Virus record (IMG/VR): IMGVR_UViG_3300042371_000261
Coordinates: 1 to 39,675 of that record
Strand: one strand, 5' to 3'
Source: a virus
Lineage: Duplodnaviria; Caudoviricetes
DNA: 39,675 bases
The notes below the pieces were generated by a model. That model did not search any database and was not told where the DNA came from. It was given only the letters and a program-made list of their open reading frames with translations. A program made the translations under genes and the position numbers. Shown here in pieces: positions 27,726 through 37,357 of this stretch. How positions within the stretch are numbered: position 1 is the stretch's first letter; each line of letters starts with the position of its first letter.

Positions 27726-28978
27726 CAGAAAACTGGTCCATGTATCCAAGAGACGATAGACCGTCTAACGCCTCTTGTTACTGGAGTAACTTCGTGCAAA
27801 ACATTTGATGGAAAAAATGTCATCATTCCTTGGCGTTTAGGAATAATCATTGGATTTTTACCTTCGTATATGATCAAATCACCTCCATCATACTCACTTG
27901 GGTCTGATAGTAGAACTGAGAATGATAACTTTCTATTTGAATTTATACCACCATCAATGTGAGCATCGTACTTACCAGCTTCTTCGCCAGCATAATATTC
28001 TAGATAGTCAATTTTTTCCATTTGATTCAAAACATATTTGAAGTTTAACCAATTCATATTTTTGATTTCTTCTTCTAATAATGAATAAAGCCAACCGAAC
28101 TTATCAAATGGTAACCATGAATGCGAGACATTTCGAATCTTCGTATCGACAACACCCTCACTGTTGAAATCTCTGCTACCAATTCTAGCTAACTCAGTAT
28201 TCTTACTGCCGTGTAAAATAATAGAATCGATCAAAGGTGCGGATAACACACCTTCTCTGGTCATGTATAGACATTTGGTATGTGGAACATAACCAAAAAA
28301 CCAATAGGAATCTAATGACTCATCATTATTAGAATTATTGGATTCTATTGACTCATCACTATTAGAATTATTGGATTCTATTATTTTTTTAGTACCTAAA
28401 GATTCTCTGCCGTCATATTTGAGATCCTTATGCGGACCATCAGCATCAACATAGTGAAGAAATACTTGACACTGCCATTTTCCCTGAGTATATGGTTCTC
28501 TCCAATGATTAATTTCCGTGCCTCTGTAAACTACCATACTTCCAACATCAATAAGGATTTCACCAATATCATTTTCTACTTTATCATCTGTCGAAACGTG
28601 GATTGGCCACAAATCCCCTTCGTATCCAAGTGTGATTGTTGCACTGATTTCACAGGCTTCTCTATCGAGATGTGGTTTTAGTTCATTGCCAGGTAGATAT
28701 TTTCTGGCATATGAGTATGTTGGAATAAGGTTTAGACCAGTTGCTTTTTCCAGAGTCGGACGAACATCCTCTAAAAGAATATCTAACATAGGATCGCCAT
28801 AGATTGATTCCGACAAAGGACATTGCGGATCTTTTGTCGTTTTCTTGTCTTCTACCAGTTTTAAGATATAATCCGATAGATTTTGACAGATATCCACTGG
28901 AACAGCAGAATCCACAATAGCATACTTCTTTTCTTTGAAATATTCCGCAAGGGTCATGATTTCGGTTTCTTCGGTCAT
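27722..28978 (-). CDS. Tandem (two-domain) 2OG-Fe(II) oxygenase
   Basis: Domain 1: YSYAR.Y..G..L.PHLDR..CEIS...HWRE. Domain 2 (PKHD/P4H-like): YDAHID...RKLS..VLL...YDGGDL...FPS..LHEVTPVTRG.R.S.V.W. GGAG RBS. Confidence 0.9.
   Translation of the reverse strand: MTEETEIMTLAEYFKEKKYAIVDSAVPVDICQNLSDYILKLVEDKKTTKDPQCPLSESIYGDPMLDILLEDVRPTLEKATGLNLIPTYSYARKYLPGNELKPHLDREACEISATITLGYEGDLWPIHVSTDDKVENDIGEILIDVGSMVVYRGTEINHWREPYTQGKWQCQVFLHYVDADGPHKDLKYDGRESLGTKKIIESNNSNSDESIESNNSNNDESLDSYWFFGYVPHTKCLYMTREGVLSAPLIDSIILHGSKNTELARIGSRDFNSEGVVDTKIRNVSHSWLPFDKFGWLYSLLEEEIKNMNWLNFKYVLNQMEKIDYLEYYAGEEAGKYDAHIDGGINSNRKLSFSVLLSDPSEYDGGDLIIYEGKNPMIIPKRQGMMTFFPSNVLHEVTPVTRGVRRSIVSWIHGPVFC
28317..28382. repeat. 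33-bp tandem duplication in the oxygenase interdomain linker
   Basis: GACTCATCA(T/C)TATTAGAATTATTGGATTCTATT occurs twice with one mismatch. Confidence 0.9.
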
Positions 28979-29031
28979 AATATAGTCTCCAAGTAATGTA
29001 GTTACAACTATATATACAAGCAGGCGGATTA

Positions 29032-29039
29032 TATAAATA
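29032..29039 (+). promoter_or_regulatory. T4 late promoter
   Basis: Exact TATAAATA 18 nt upstream of the ATG at 29058. Confidence 0.75.
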
Positions 29040-29057
29040 AAAGAAAAAGGTATTCAA

Positions 29058-29396
29058 ATGGCAGCTTACGTAGAACTTTATATAGATCAGGGTGCTAATT
29101 TTAGAAATGTCATCAATCTAACCGATGATGTTACGAATTCTGTTATTTCCCTTGCGAGTTATAATGTTCGTAGTCAAATGCGTAGATCATACTATTCAAT
29201 AAACGCAAGTGCCAATATTATATGTACTATAACAGATTCCAGCAATGGCGAAATTACAATGTCCCTGGATTCAGCAAACACTTCCAGTATAAAAGCTGGA
29301 AGATATCTATTTGATCTGGAAACCGTAGATGGAAATGGTTTTGTCAGTCGAGTGCTTGAAGGTATCATAACAGTAACGCCACAAGTAACGAGATAG
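29058..29396 (+). CDS. Small virion structural protein (Ig/BppU-like adaptor)
   Basis: L.IDQGA.F, Q.R.SY.S, G.I..SL....T....GRY..D.E and RVLEG.I.V.P.VT pattern, recalled as common in T4-like phages. Confidence 0.7.
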   Translation: MAAYVELYIDQGANFRNVINLTDDVTNSVISLASYNVRSQMRRSYYSINASANIICTITDSSNGEITMSLDSANTSSIKAGRYLFDLETVDGNGFVSRVLEGIITVTPQVTR

Positions 29397-29406
29397 GAAT
29401 AAACCA

Positions 29407-29649
29407 ATGGCCGTAAAAGTAACGGTAAATTCAGTCAGTCCGAATCGAGTATCTATAAATAATCAACAGAGAACAACAATTAGAACTGTCGGTGTTGCTC
29501 CACCAGAAGCTAATATTATCAATAGACTTGTAAACCTATCTGATGTTGATGCTACAAGCTTAGATAATAATGAAACTCTAGTTTATGATGAAGCAACCGA
29601 TAAATTTGTAGTCAAAGAACTACCCAATATAAATGGAGGAACATTCTAA
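29407..29649 (+). CDS. Small structural protein
   Basis: L..LSDVD...LVYD....KF motif; ends INGGTF. Confidence 0.65.
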   Translation: MAVKVTVNSVSPNRVSINNQQRTTIRTVGVAPPEANIINRLVNLSDVDATSLDNNETLVYDEATDKFVVKELPNINGGTF

Positions 29650-31284
29650 ATGGCGAATACAGTCATTCAAATTAAAAGAAGCACGGTAACAACCGCGCCT
29701 ACGGCTGGTTCGCTATCTGCTGCGGAACCAGCGTATTCATATCTTTCCGACAAGTTATTCATCGGTTCTTCCGATGGATCTCAAGTAATTGAAATTGGCG
29801 GCCGCTACTATGTTAACACCGCTATTCAAGCTTTCAGCGCAGCAAATACAGCAAATGATAGAGCAGTTGCCGCTTTTACTGCTGCCAATTCCTATTCAAA
29901 CGTTTATGCCACAATAGCAGGCGCAAACTCTGCTGTTGGTGCTGGCGCTAACGCATTTGCTTCTTCTACCTCAGCAGGTGTAGGCGCTGGTGCTAATAAC
30001 TATCTACTTGCTGTCATAGCAGGTGCTAATACCGCAGTTGGTGCAGGTGCTAATGCTTTCTCTGCTGCGACAATAGCTGGTGCTAATACCGCAGTTGGTG
30101 CAGGTGCCAATAACTATCTACTCGCTGTAATTGCAGGTGCTAACACAGCAGTCGGTGCTGGTGCTAATGCCTTCGCAACTGCTGCTTCTACTGGCGCTAA
30201 CAACTACTTACTTGCTGTAATTGCGGGTGCTAATACTGCGGTAGGTGCTGGTGCTAATGCGTTCTCTGCTGCGACAATAGCAGGAGCTAATACCGCAGTA
30301 GGCGCGGGCGCTAACGCATTTGCTACTGCTGCCGCTGCTGGTGCCAACAACTACGCTGACGGAACATTTATTAAGCGTGTAGCAGCTAATCAAACTATCA
30401 CAGGCAATCTTGCGATTACAGGTAGTTTGACAGTATCCGGCAATGCGTTTACAATTGACACAGAAACACTAAGAGTTTCCGATCCTCTAATTTATCTTGC
30501 TGGTAACAACTATACTTCCGACATTGTTGATATTGGTTTTGTAGGTAACTATAACACTGGTTCAGCAAATCTACACACTGGTATTTTCCGCGATGCGACA
30601 GTAAAGGAATACTATGTTTTTGATGGTTACAATCAAGAACCAATTCCAAATCATATTAACACAACAGCGAACGGTTTCAGTTTAGCAGTCCTTAATGCTA
30701 CAATCAGAACAAGCAACTTGATTCTTGGTGGTGCTAACGCAATCCTAACAATCGCTGGTGTTGGTACTGCGGCTAATGCTTTTGCTGCTGCTACTATTGC
30801 TGGTGCTAACTCAGCAGTCGGTGCAGGTGCAAATGCTTTCTCTGCTGCGACAATAGCAGGCGCTAACAGCTATCTAATTTCTATCATAGCAGGAGCTAAT
30901 ACCGCAGTTGGTGCTGGTGCTAATGCTTTTGCTGCTGCTACCATAGCAGGCGCAAATACAGCGGTTGGTGCTGGTGCTAACAATTACCTCTTGGCTGTAA
31001 TTGCGGGCGCTAACACAGCAGTTGGTGCTGGCGCTAATAACTACTTGATTCCTATCATCAACGGCGCAAATACTAATGCTGCTAATGGTACATACATAAC
31101 TACAGGTGTGGTTGGCGTATCGGTTGGTGGTACAGGTAGAACAACATTCGCAAACAATGGTATTCTATTCGGTAATACTACAAGTGGAATCAGAGTTACC
31201 GCAGCAGGCACAGAAGGAAATGTTCTTCAGGTAAACGCTCAGGGTACACCATTGTTCGGTATGCTTGATGGAGGCACTTTCTAA
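29650..31284 (+). CDS. Fibre protein with Mtd-N-like N-terminus and GAN repeats
   Basis: IQIKRS....P...L...E.AY.....LFIG N-terminus; two blocks of 19-aa repeats; ends LDGGTF. Confidence 0.75.
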   Translation: MANTVIQIKRSTVTTAPTAGSLSAAEPAYSYLSDKLFIGSSDGSQVIEIGGRYYVNTAIQAFSAANTANDRAVAAFTAANSYSNVYATIAGANSAVGAGANAFASSTSAGVGAGANNYLLAVIAGANTAVGAGANAFSAATIAGANTAVGAGANNYLLAVIAGANTAVGAGANAFATAASTGANNYLLAVIAGANTAVGAGANAFSAATIAGANTAVGAGANAFATAAAAGANNYADGTFIKRVAANQTITGNLAITGSLTVSGNAFTIDTETLRVSDPLIYLAGNNYTSDIVDIGFVGNYNTGSANLHTGIFRDATVKEYYVFDGYNQEPIPNHINTTANGFSLAVLNATIRTSNLILGGANAILTIAGVGTAANAFAAATIAGANSAVGAGANAFSAATIAGANSYLISIIAGANTAVGAGANAFAAATIAGANTAVGAGANNYLLAVIAGANTAVGAGANNYLIPIINGANTNAANGTYITTGVVGVSVGGTGRTTFANNGILFGNTTSGIRVTAAGTEGNVLQVNAQGTPLFGMLDGGTF

Positions 31285-31310
31285 ACAATTAACAAAGCGA
31301 GTATTTTATA

Positions 31311-31922
31311 ATGAGTGATCCAAACAAGTTTATTAATACCTATATTGATACAACAATAGCTACTCTCCACGAATATGTGGGGAGTAGTATTCAACTTAAG
31401 ACCCAGTTAAAACTGGCTAATGATCTGTTGGTCGAAAAGGATGTTACTATCGCACAATTAACTGGCGAAATTGAAAACATAAAAAATAATTTTTCTACAA
31501 ATCAAGATAATAATGAAACAGTAAGAGTGGCATTACTTTCTTGTCAAGAAAAGCTCAAAATAGCTGAAGAATCTCATAACGCAATCAGTTCAAAAGTTTC
31601 CCACATGGATACTTTGTTAAAACAATTAACTGATATGAAAAATGAAATTAAGACTAGAGATGACCAAATATCATCTTTAAATAATGATCTAGTTGCCAAA
31701 GATGCTGAAATATCGATATACAACGAAAAAATTGATAACATAACTTCTACCTTAAATGATAAGGATAAGTTAATTTTGGAACTAACTCAAAAATTAGAAA
31801 AACTAGCACCACCTCCACCTGTTCCAAAACCTGAGGTGGCAAAGAATGTCAAAGAGTCATCTACGGTAAAGGTTCAACTAAATACTAAGACGAAAACGAA
31901 AGAACCAGATGACGATTTCTAA
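31311..31922 (+). CDS. Coiled-coil protein
   Basis: Long heptad-rich region, then PPPPVPKP and an acidic tail (EPDDDF). Confidence 0.75.
   Translation: MSDPNKFINTYIDTTIATLHEYVGSSIQLKTQLKLANDLLVEKDVTIAQLTGEIENIKNNFSTNQDNNETVRVALLSCQEKLKIAEESHNAISSKVSHMDTLLKQLTDMKNEIKTRDDQISSLNNDLVAKDAEISIYNEKIDNITSTLNDKDKLILELTQKLEKLAPPPPVPKPEVAKNVKESSTVKVQLNTKTKTKEPDDDF
31877..31884 (+). promoter_or_regulatory. Late-type promoter before the collagen-like fibre
   Basis: ACTAAATA 38 nt upstream of the ATG at 31922. Confidence 0.45.
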
Positions 31923-34900
31923 TGCCAAATACAACAATCCAGCTTAAAAAATCAAGCACACCAAGTGCTAAACCAGCAGATTTGGCGAACGGCGAGTTAG
32001 CGATTAACTTTGCCGACGGTAAACTGTACTATAAGAACACCACAAGTTCTATTGTAGAAATTTCACCAACAATATTATCTTTCAGTACAGTTAGTGCTAA
32101 TGGCACATTACTTGTGGCTGACACTGTAGGCGATATTCTAACAATTACACCAGGTAATAATATAAGCATTGTTGGTAGTGCTATCAACGATACAATTACC
32201 ATTGGTCTAAAAGATAATCCAATATTTTATGGCGATACGACAGTAAGAGGTGGTGGTAAATTTATAGCCGGAGCAGTAGGTGGTGATGAAGGCGGTGAGA
32301 TACTTTTAGAAAAACCACCTAGTGGAAATTTAAATGGCGGTATAACCATTGATGCTTATCAAGATAAAATCCGCATCTTTGAACAAGGCGGTTCGGCCCG
32401 TGGTGTGTATATCAATTTGGCGTCAGCTTTGGCCGGCGTCGGTACTGATCTTCTAGCAGCCGCAGCAGGTACTCAAGGAACTACAGGTACTCAAGGCACA
32501 ACTGGACTTCAAGGTACTACGGGAACTCAAGGTGTTCAAGGTATTCAGGGTACAACTGGTACACAAGGCGCTAACGGATTTCAAGGCATCCAGGGAACAA
32601 CAGGTTCTCAAGGCGCTAATGGCTTTCAGGGTCTTCAAGGTACTCAGGGTCGTCAAGGCACAGATGGACTTCAAGGTCGTCAAGGCATTCAAGGCACTAC
32701 AGGTACGCAAGGTGCTAATGGATTTCAAGGTATTCAAGGTACAACTGGACTTCAAGGTGCTAATGGCTTTCAAGGTATACAAGGTACTCAAGGCCGTCAG
32801 GGCACAGATGGTCTTCAAGGCGCTAACGGATTCCAGGGTCTTCAAGGTACTCAGGGTCGTCAAGGTACAGATGGATCTCAAGGTATTCAAGGTCGTCAAG
32901 GTATTCAAGGCGCAAACGGATTCCAAGGTATTCAAGGCACTCAAGGCGCTAACGGATTCCAAGGTATAAATGGAACACAAGGAACAACAGGCACTCAGGG
33001 AACAACCGGTACTCAGGGTACAACAGGCACACAAGGTATTCAAGGTACTACTGGTACTCAAGGTACTACTGGTACTCAAGGTGCAAATGGATTCCAAGGT
33101 ATACAAGGCACTCAAGGTCGTCAAGGTACAGATGGATTCCAAGGTATTCAAGGTCGTCAGGGTATTCAGGGAGCCAATGGCTTTCAGGGACTACAGGGCA
33201 CTCAAGGCGCTAATGGATTTCAAGGTATACAAGGTTTACAGGGTCGTCAAGGCGCTAATGGATTCCAAGGCATACAAGGAGCTAGTGGGTTCCAGGGTAT
33301 TCAGGGCACAACAGGAACTCAAGGCGCAAATGGTATTCAAGGTATACAAGGAGCCAATGGATTACAAGGCATTCAAGGCACCACAGGATCTCAGGGCGCT
33401 AACGGATTTCAAGGTATCCAAGGTACCACAGGATCTCAGGGTGCTAACGGATTCCAGGGTATTCAAGGTGTACAAGGTCTACAAGGTCGTCAAGGCATCC
33501 AAGGCGCTAATGGATTCCAAGGTATAACTGGTACTCAAGGCACTAATGGTAGTCAAGGTACAACTGGTACTCAAGGCACCACTGGTACTCAGGGTGCTAA
33601 TGGCTTTCAAGGCATTCAAGGCACTCAGGGTCGTCAAGGTACAGATGGATCTCAAGGCATTCAAGGTCGTCAGGGTATTCAAGGTGCTAACGGATTTCAG
33701 GGTACTACTGGAACACAGGGAACAACTGGTACTCAAGGCGCAACTGGTACTCAAGGTGCTAACGGCACTCAAGGTATTCAGGGAACAACTGGTCTTCAAG
33801 GTACCACAGGCACACAGGGCACAACTGGTACTCAAGGTGCGACAGGTACTCAAGGCGCAACTGGTACTCAAGGTACCACAGGTACTCAAGGTGCTAATGG
33901 ATTTCAAGGCATTCAAGGCACAACAGGTACACAGGGCATTCAAGGTCGTCAAGGTGCTAACGGCACTCAAGGCATTCAAGGCACAACAGGTACTCAAGGC
34001 GCCAATGGATTCCAAGGTCTTCAAGGCACTACCGGGACACAAGGAACAACAGGTACTCAAGGCACTAATGGCACTCAGGGTACAACAGGCATTCAAGGCG
34101 CCAATGGATTCCAAGGTATACAAGGTACTCAGGGTCGTCAAGGTACAGATGGATCTCAAGGTATTCAAGGTCGTCAAGGTATTCAAGGCGCTAATGGATT
34201 CCAAGGTATTCAAGGTATTCAAGGTATTCAAGGCATCCAAGGTACTACAGGATCTCAAGGTATTCAAGGTATCCAAGGCACAACAGGTCTTCAAGGATTC
34301 CAAGGTATTCAAGGCATATTGGGTGTTCAAGGTACAACTGGACCTTCAACTCTTATCAACGCTACTGCCGTTACAGTTAACGATACTGTATTTCCAGTAT
34401 TCGTAACAGATGCTGGCTCAAACCAGACAGCGCAAACGTCTCCAGGTTTTACATATAATCCTTCATCTAATACGTTGAGTGTTATAGGTAATGTTGCTAT
34501 TGGCACAACATCTTCTGTTGGTCGTGTGACAATAAATGGCGGTCCTGCCATGACAGCAGGTTGGAACAAAAGTCTTGATCTTGTTGCGACATATCCGGTA
34601 ATTACGTTCAACTCAAATAATAGCAAATATTCAGGTATCGGCGTTGACTATTCTTCACCGGCAGGCAGTTTTATATTCTGGGCAAATGGTACCAGTAGTG
34701 ATATTGCCGGCACAGGTACTATTGCTATGAGAGTTAATCACGACGGTAATGTTGGCATTGGTAGCGCAACACCATCACATAAATTTCAAGTTAGTGGCAC
34801 ATCATACTTTAATGGTGCCACTAAGTTTGCTGTTAGTACTTGGCATGTTTCAGATGACAATAAAAATAGATTTTATTATGGAACAAACGGTAGAACATAT

Positions 34901-35710
34901 TTTGGTTCTGGTGACGGATCCTATGAGTTTAGAAACTCTTCGGATACTGGTGTAGTATTCATAGACACTTCTGGTCGTGTTGGTATTGGAATCGCACCTG
35001 CATATGCTTTAGACGTAATAGGTTCAGCAAGAGTCCGTGGTTATACAATTGGAGTCGATGCTTCCAATAATATCAAATACGTATTTACTAATGATGGTGG
35101 TTCTTCATATGTCAATAGTGGTAGTTTTGGTATTGGAACATCTAGTCCCAGCGCAAAACTATCCGTTTCAGATCCAACGGAATCAAAAATCAACTTTTTA
35201 ATAGGTTCAGTTGAGAGAGCCTTCATTAACTACAATGAAGCCAGTTCAATTATGCGCGTTGATAGCGATGCTGCAATTATTCTTGCTACTAACAATACCG
35301 AACGCATACGTATTGATTCTTTTGGTAATGTATGCATTGGCACTACATCTTCAGCATATAAACTGGAAGTTGCTGGCTCATTTGCTGCTCAAACAAAGTC
35401 ATTCGTAATTGACCATCAAAGCAAGCCTAACCATAAACTAAGACACGGTTCGCTTGAAGGTCCTGAAAACGGTGTCTATGTTCGTGGCCGTACTAATACA
35501 AATGTGATTGAACTGCCTGAATACTGGACATGGCTAATTGATGATGAATCGATTACTGTGACGTTGACACCAATTGGAACACACCAAACCCTTTATGTTG
35601 AGAAAATTGAAGATAACAAAGTATACATTGGTGGAAACGCAAACATCAACTGCTTCTACATGATTAATGCCGAACGTAAAGATGTTGATAAACTTATTGT
35701 GGAGTATTGA
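31922..35710 (+). CDS. Collagen-like tail fibre
   Basis: IQLKKS..P...L..GELAIN.ADGKLYYK N-terminus, a long Gly-X-Y tract, GNVGIG beta-repeats and C-terminal KSFVIDH..K....L.HGSLEGPENGVY.RG. Confidence 0.85.
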   Translation: MPNTTIQLKKSSTPSAKPADLANGELAINFADGKLYYKNTTSSIVEISPTILSFSTVSANGTLLVADTVGDILTITPGNNISIVGSAINDTITIGLKDNPIFYGDTTVRGGGKFIAGAVGGDEGGEILLEKPPSGNLNGGITIDAYQDKIRIFEQGGSARGVYINLASALAGVGTDLLAAAAGTQGTTGTQGTTGLQGTTGTQGVQGIQGTTGTQGANGFQGIQGTTGSQGANGFQGLQGTQGRQGTDGLQGRQGIQGTTGTQGANGFQGIQGTTGLQGANGFQGIQGTQGRQGTDGLQGANGFQGLQGTQGRQGTDGSQGIQGRQGIQGANGFQGIQGTQGANGFQGINGTQGTTGTQGTTGTQGTTGTQGIQGTTGTQGTTGTQGANGFQGIQGTQGRQGTDGFQGIQGRQGIQGANGFQGLQGTQGANGFQGIQGLQGRQGANGFQGIQGASGFQGIQGTTGTQGANGIQGIQGANGLQGIQGTTGSQGANGFQGIQGTTGSQGANGFQGIQGVQGLQGRQGIQGANGFQGITGTQGTNGSQGTTGTQGTTGTQGANGFQGIQGTQGRQGTDGSQGIQGRQGIQGANGFQGTTGTQGTTGTQGATGTQGANGTQGIQGTTGLQGTTGTQGTTGTQGATGTQGATGTQGTTGTQGANGFQGIQGTTGTQGIQGRQGANGTQGIQGTTGTQGANGFQGLQGTTGTQGTTGTQGTNGTQGTTGIQGANGFQGIQGTQGRQGTDGSQGIQGRQGIQGANGFQGIQGIQGIQGIQGTTGSQGIQGIQGTTGLQGFQGIQGILGVQGTTGPSTLINATAVTVNDTVFPVFVTDAGSNQTAQTSPGFTYNPSSNTLSVIGNVAIGTTSSVGRVTINGGPAMTAGWNKSLDLVATYPVITFNSNNSKYSGIGVDYSSPAGSFIFWANGTSSDIAGTGTIAMRVNHDGNVGIGSATPSHKFQVSGTSYFNGATKFAVSTWHVSDDNKNRFYYGTNGRTYFGSGDGSYEFRNSSDTGVVFIDTSGRVGIGIAPAYALDVIGSARVRGYTIGVDASNNIKYVFTNDGGSSYVNSGSFGIGTSSPSAKLSVSDPTESKINFLIGSVERAFINYNEASSIMRVDSDAAIILATNNTERIRIDSFGNVCIGTTSSAYKLEVAGSFAAQTKSFVIDHQSKPNHKLRHGSLEGPENGVYVRGRTNTNVIELPEYWTWLIDDESITVTLTPIGTHQTLYVEKIEDNKVYIGGNANINCFYMINAERKDVDKLIVEY
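32468..34348 (+). repeat. Gly-X-Y collagen-like tract (about 209 triplets)
   Basis: Triplets GTQ/GTT/GAN/GFQ/GIQ/GRQ/GLQ; the span is an exact multiple of 9 bp. Confidence 0.92.
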
Positions 35711-35712
35711 CG

Positions 35713-36396
35713 ATGGGTATCGCATATAATCCAAAAGTAGTTACTAATGGTCTTGTTTTTAATTTTGATGCTAGAAACATTAAATCTTATCTCGGTACAG
35801 GAACTGCTTGTTATGATTTAGCCGGACAAACAACTGTTGGAGAAACAGTAAATTCTCCAACATTTAATACAAACGGTTATTTTTCTTTTGTGACGGATGA
35901 CTATATTAGATTTCCAAACTCAACAGCATTAGATGTACAAACTTTTACTATTGAAGTTTGGGTAAGAACAAATACCACAAATCAGGCTGGATTTTGGTTT
36001 GAAAAAGGTACTGTAAACAGCCAATATTCTTTGTTTCAGGAAGGCGGCGGCATCGTATGTAGAGTTAATACTACAGCAAGTGGATTAATTAATACCATTA
36101 ATCCCGCGACAGCAACTTATATGAATACTACTAATTGGTATCAAGTTGTTTTTACATTTACATCCGGTAGTCAAATTTGTTATATAAATGCTGTACAAGT
36201 TGGAACTGGTAGTACTACTGGTACAGTTACTACTAGTGCAGGCGGAATGTCTATTGGAGCATACGGTGGATACACTGGAAGCAGGGGTTATTACTATAAC
36301 GGTGATCAATCTATAGCAAAAGTTTATAATAGAGTGTTATCACAAGCAGAAGTCCAACAAAACTTTAACGCAACAAGAGGACGCTATGGAATTTGA
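35713..36396 (+). CDS. LamG/concanavalin A-like lectin domain protein 1
   Basis: GLVF.FDA.N..SY.G.GT, FTIEVWVR, WYQVVFT and VYNRVLS..EV.QNFNA.RGRYGI. Confidence 0.85.
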   Translation: MGIAYNPKVVTNGLVFNFDARNIKSYLGTGTACYDLAGQTTVGETVNSPTFNTNGYFSFVTDDYIRFPNSTALDVQTFTIEVWVRTNTTNQAGFWFEKGTVNSQYSLFQEGGGIVCRVNTTASGLINTINPATATYMNTTNWYQVVFTFTSGSQICYINAVQVGTGSTTGTVTTSAGGMSIGAYGGYTGSRGYYYNGDQSIAKVYNRVLSQAEVQQNFNATRGRYGI

Positions 36397-36643
36397 AACT
36401 AGACAATATGTAATCTTCAATGTATCGGAACTTGATAGCATAGACTTCTCACAAGTATTAGAAACAAGTGCTGATACTGTTCGTCGTTCAGTAGATGGAA
36501 CACTAACATTCGTCAAGTGGGATGGTAATGTACCACTATGTGTCGAGTCTCTAACAACCAAAGGTAAGTATTTGACTCACAGTGAAATCCTTGCTGAGAT
36601 GAACACAGAAGCATGGACAATACCAATGTCAGAGGAAATGTAA
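36386..36643 (+). CDS. Hypothetical protein
   Basis: 85 aa overlapping the LamG1 stop; AGAGG upstream; same strand as the operon. Confidence 0.7.
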   Translation: MEFETRQYVIFNVSELDSIDFSQVLETSADTVRRSVDGTLTFVKWDGNVPLCVESLTTKGKYLTHSEILAEMNTEAWTIPMSEEM

Positions 36644-37357
36644 GTGGGTTTAAGTCATTCACCAAAGATAGTTACTAACGGATTGGTGCTGTGTTTAGAC
36701 GCAGGTAATACCAAATCATATCCTGGTAGCGGAACAACTTGGTTTGATTTGAGTGGTACAGGTAATAATGGCACTTTCAAAAATGGACCAACTTTTTCTA
36801 GACCTTCACTTGTTTTTGACGGTAGTAATGATTACATCGAATGCTCAGGAACTGCAATCAAATGGACGCCAAATGGTTCCGTTGGATTTACAAATATAAC
36901 TATTGAATTTTGGATCAAGGTAAATGGTGACCAAGGCAGAATCTTTTCAAAAGCTTGGAACGGTGGTGGTCAATATAACATAGACATAAATGACGCAACT
37001 TTTGGTTTGTGGGCTGGAGCATCATCATCATATTTAGCACATCCCGTTTCAATTAATAACAATACATGGCGTTATGTTACTTGTTGGGCAAATGCCACAA
37101 ATATGGGAACATATGTTAATGGCACTCAATATAGTTCAACACAAGCACACGGACTAACTGGCGGTGCAGGTAGTTCAGGCGATGCGAATGTACCATTAGC
37201 ACTTATGACACTTTATCCATATGGTGAAGGTTGGGCAGGCAATGCATCATTTTCAACTTTAGGCGAAATGTCTATTTGTAGAGTTTACAATCGTGTTTTA
37301 ACAGCAGAAGAAATATCACAAAACTTCAACGCACTTAGAGGAAGATACGGGATATGA
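36644..37357 (+). CDS. LamG-like domain protein 2
   Basis: GLVLCLDAGN.KSYPGSGTTW.DLSG, FDGSNDY and VYNRVL..EEI.QNFNALRGRYGI; GTG start. Confidence 0.85.
   Translation: MGLSHSPKIVTNGLVLCLDAGNTKSYPGSGTTWFDLSGTGNNGTFKNGPTFSRPSLVFDGSNDYIECSGTAIKWTPNGSVGFTNITIEFWIKVNGDQGRIFSKAWNGGGQYNIDINDATFGLWAGASSSYLAHPVSINNNTWRYVTCWANATNMGTYVNGTQYSSTQAHGLTGGAGSSGDANVPLALMTLYPYGEGWAGNASFSTLGEMSICRVYNRVLTAEEISQNFNALRGRYGI

Noticed and set aside
28999-29010. Short inverted repeat TAGTT-ac-AACTA upstream of the oxygenase gene
   Set aside because: Too short and AT-rich to distinguish from chance.
32453-34406. Long alternative-frame and antisense ORFs (145-286 aa) over the collagen tract, and the similar ORF at 39041-39619
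   Set aside because: By-products of the 9-bp periodic repeat, which lacks stops in other frames; no RBS or domain signal.
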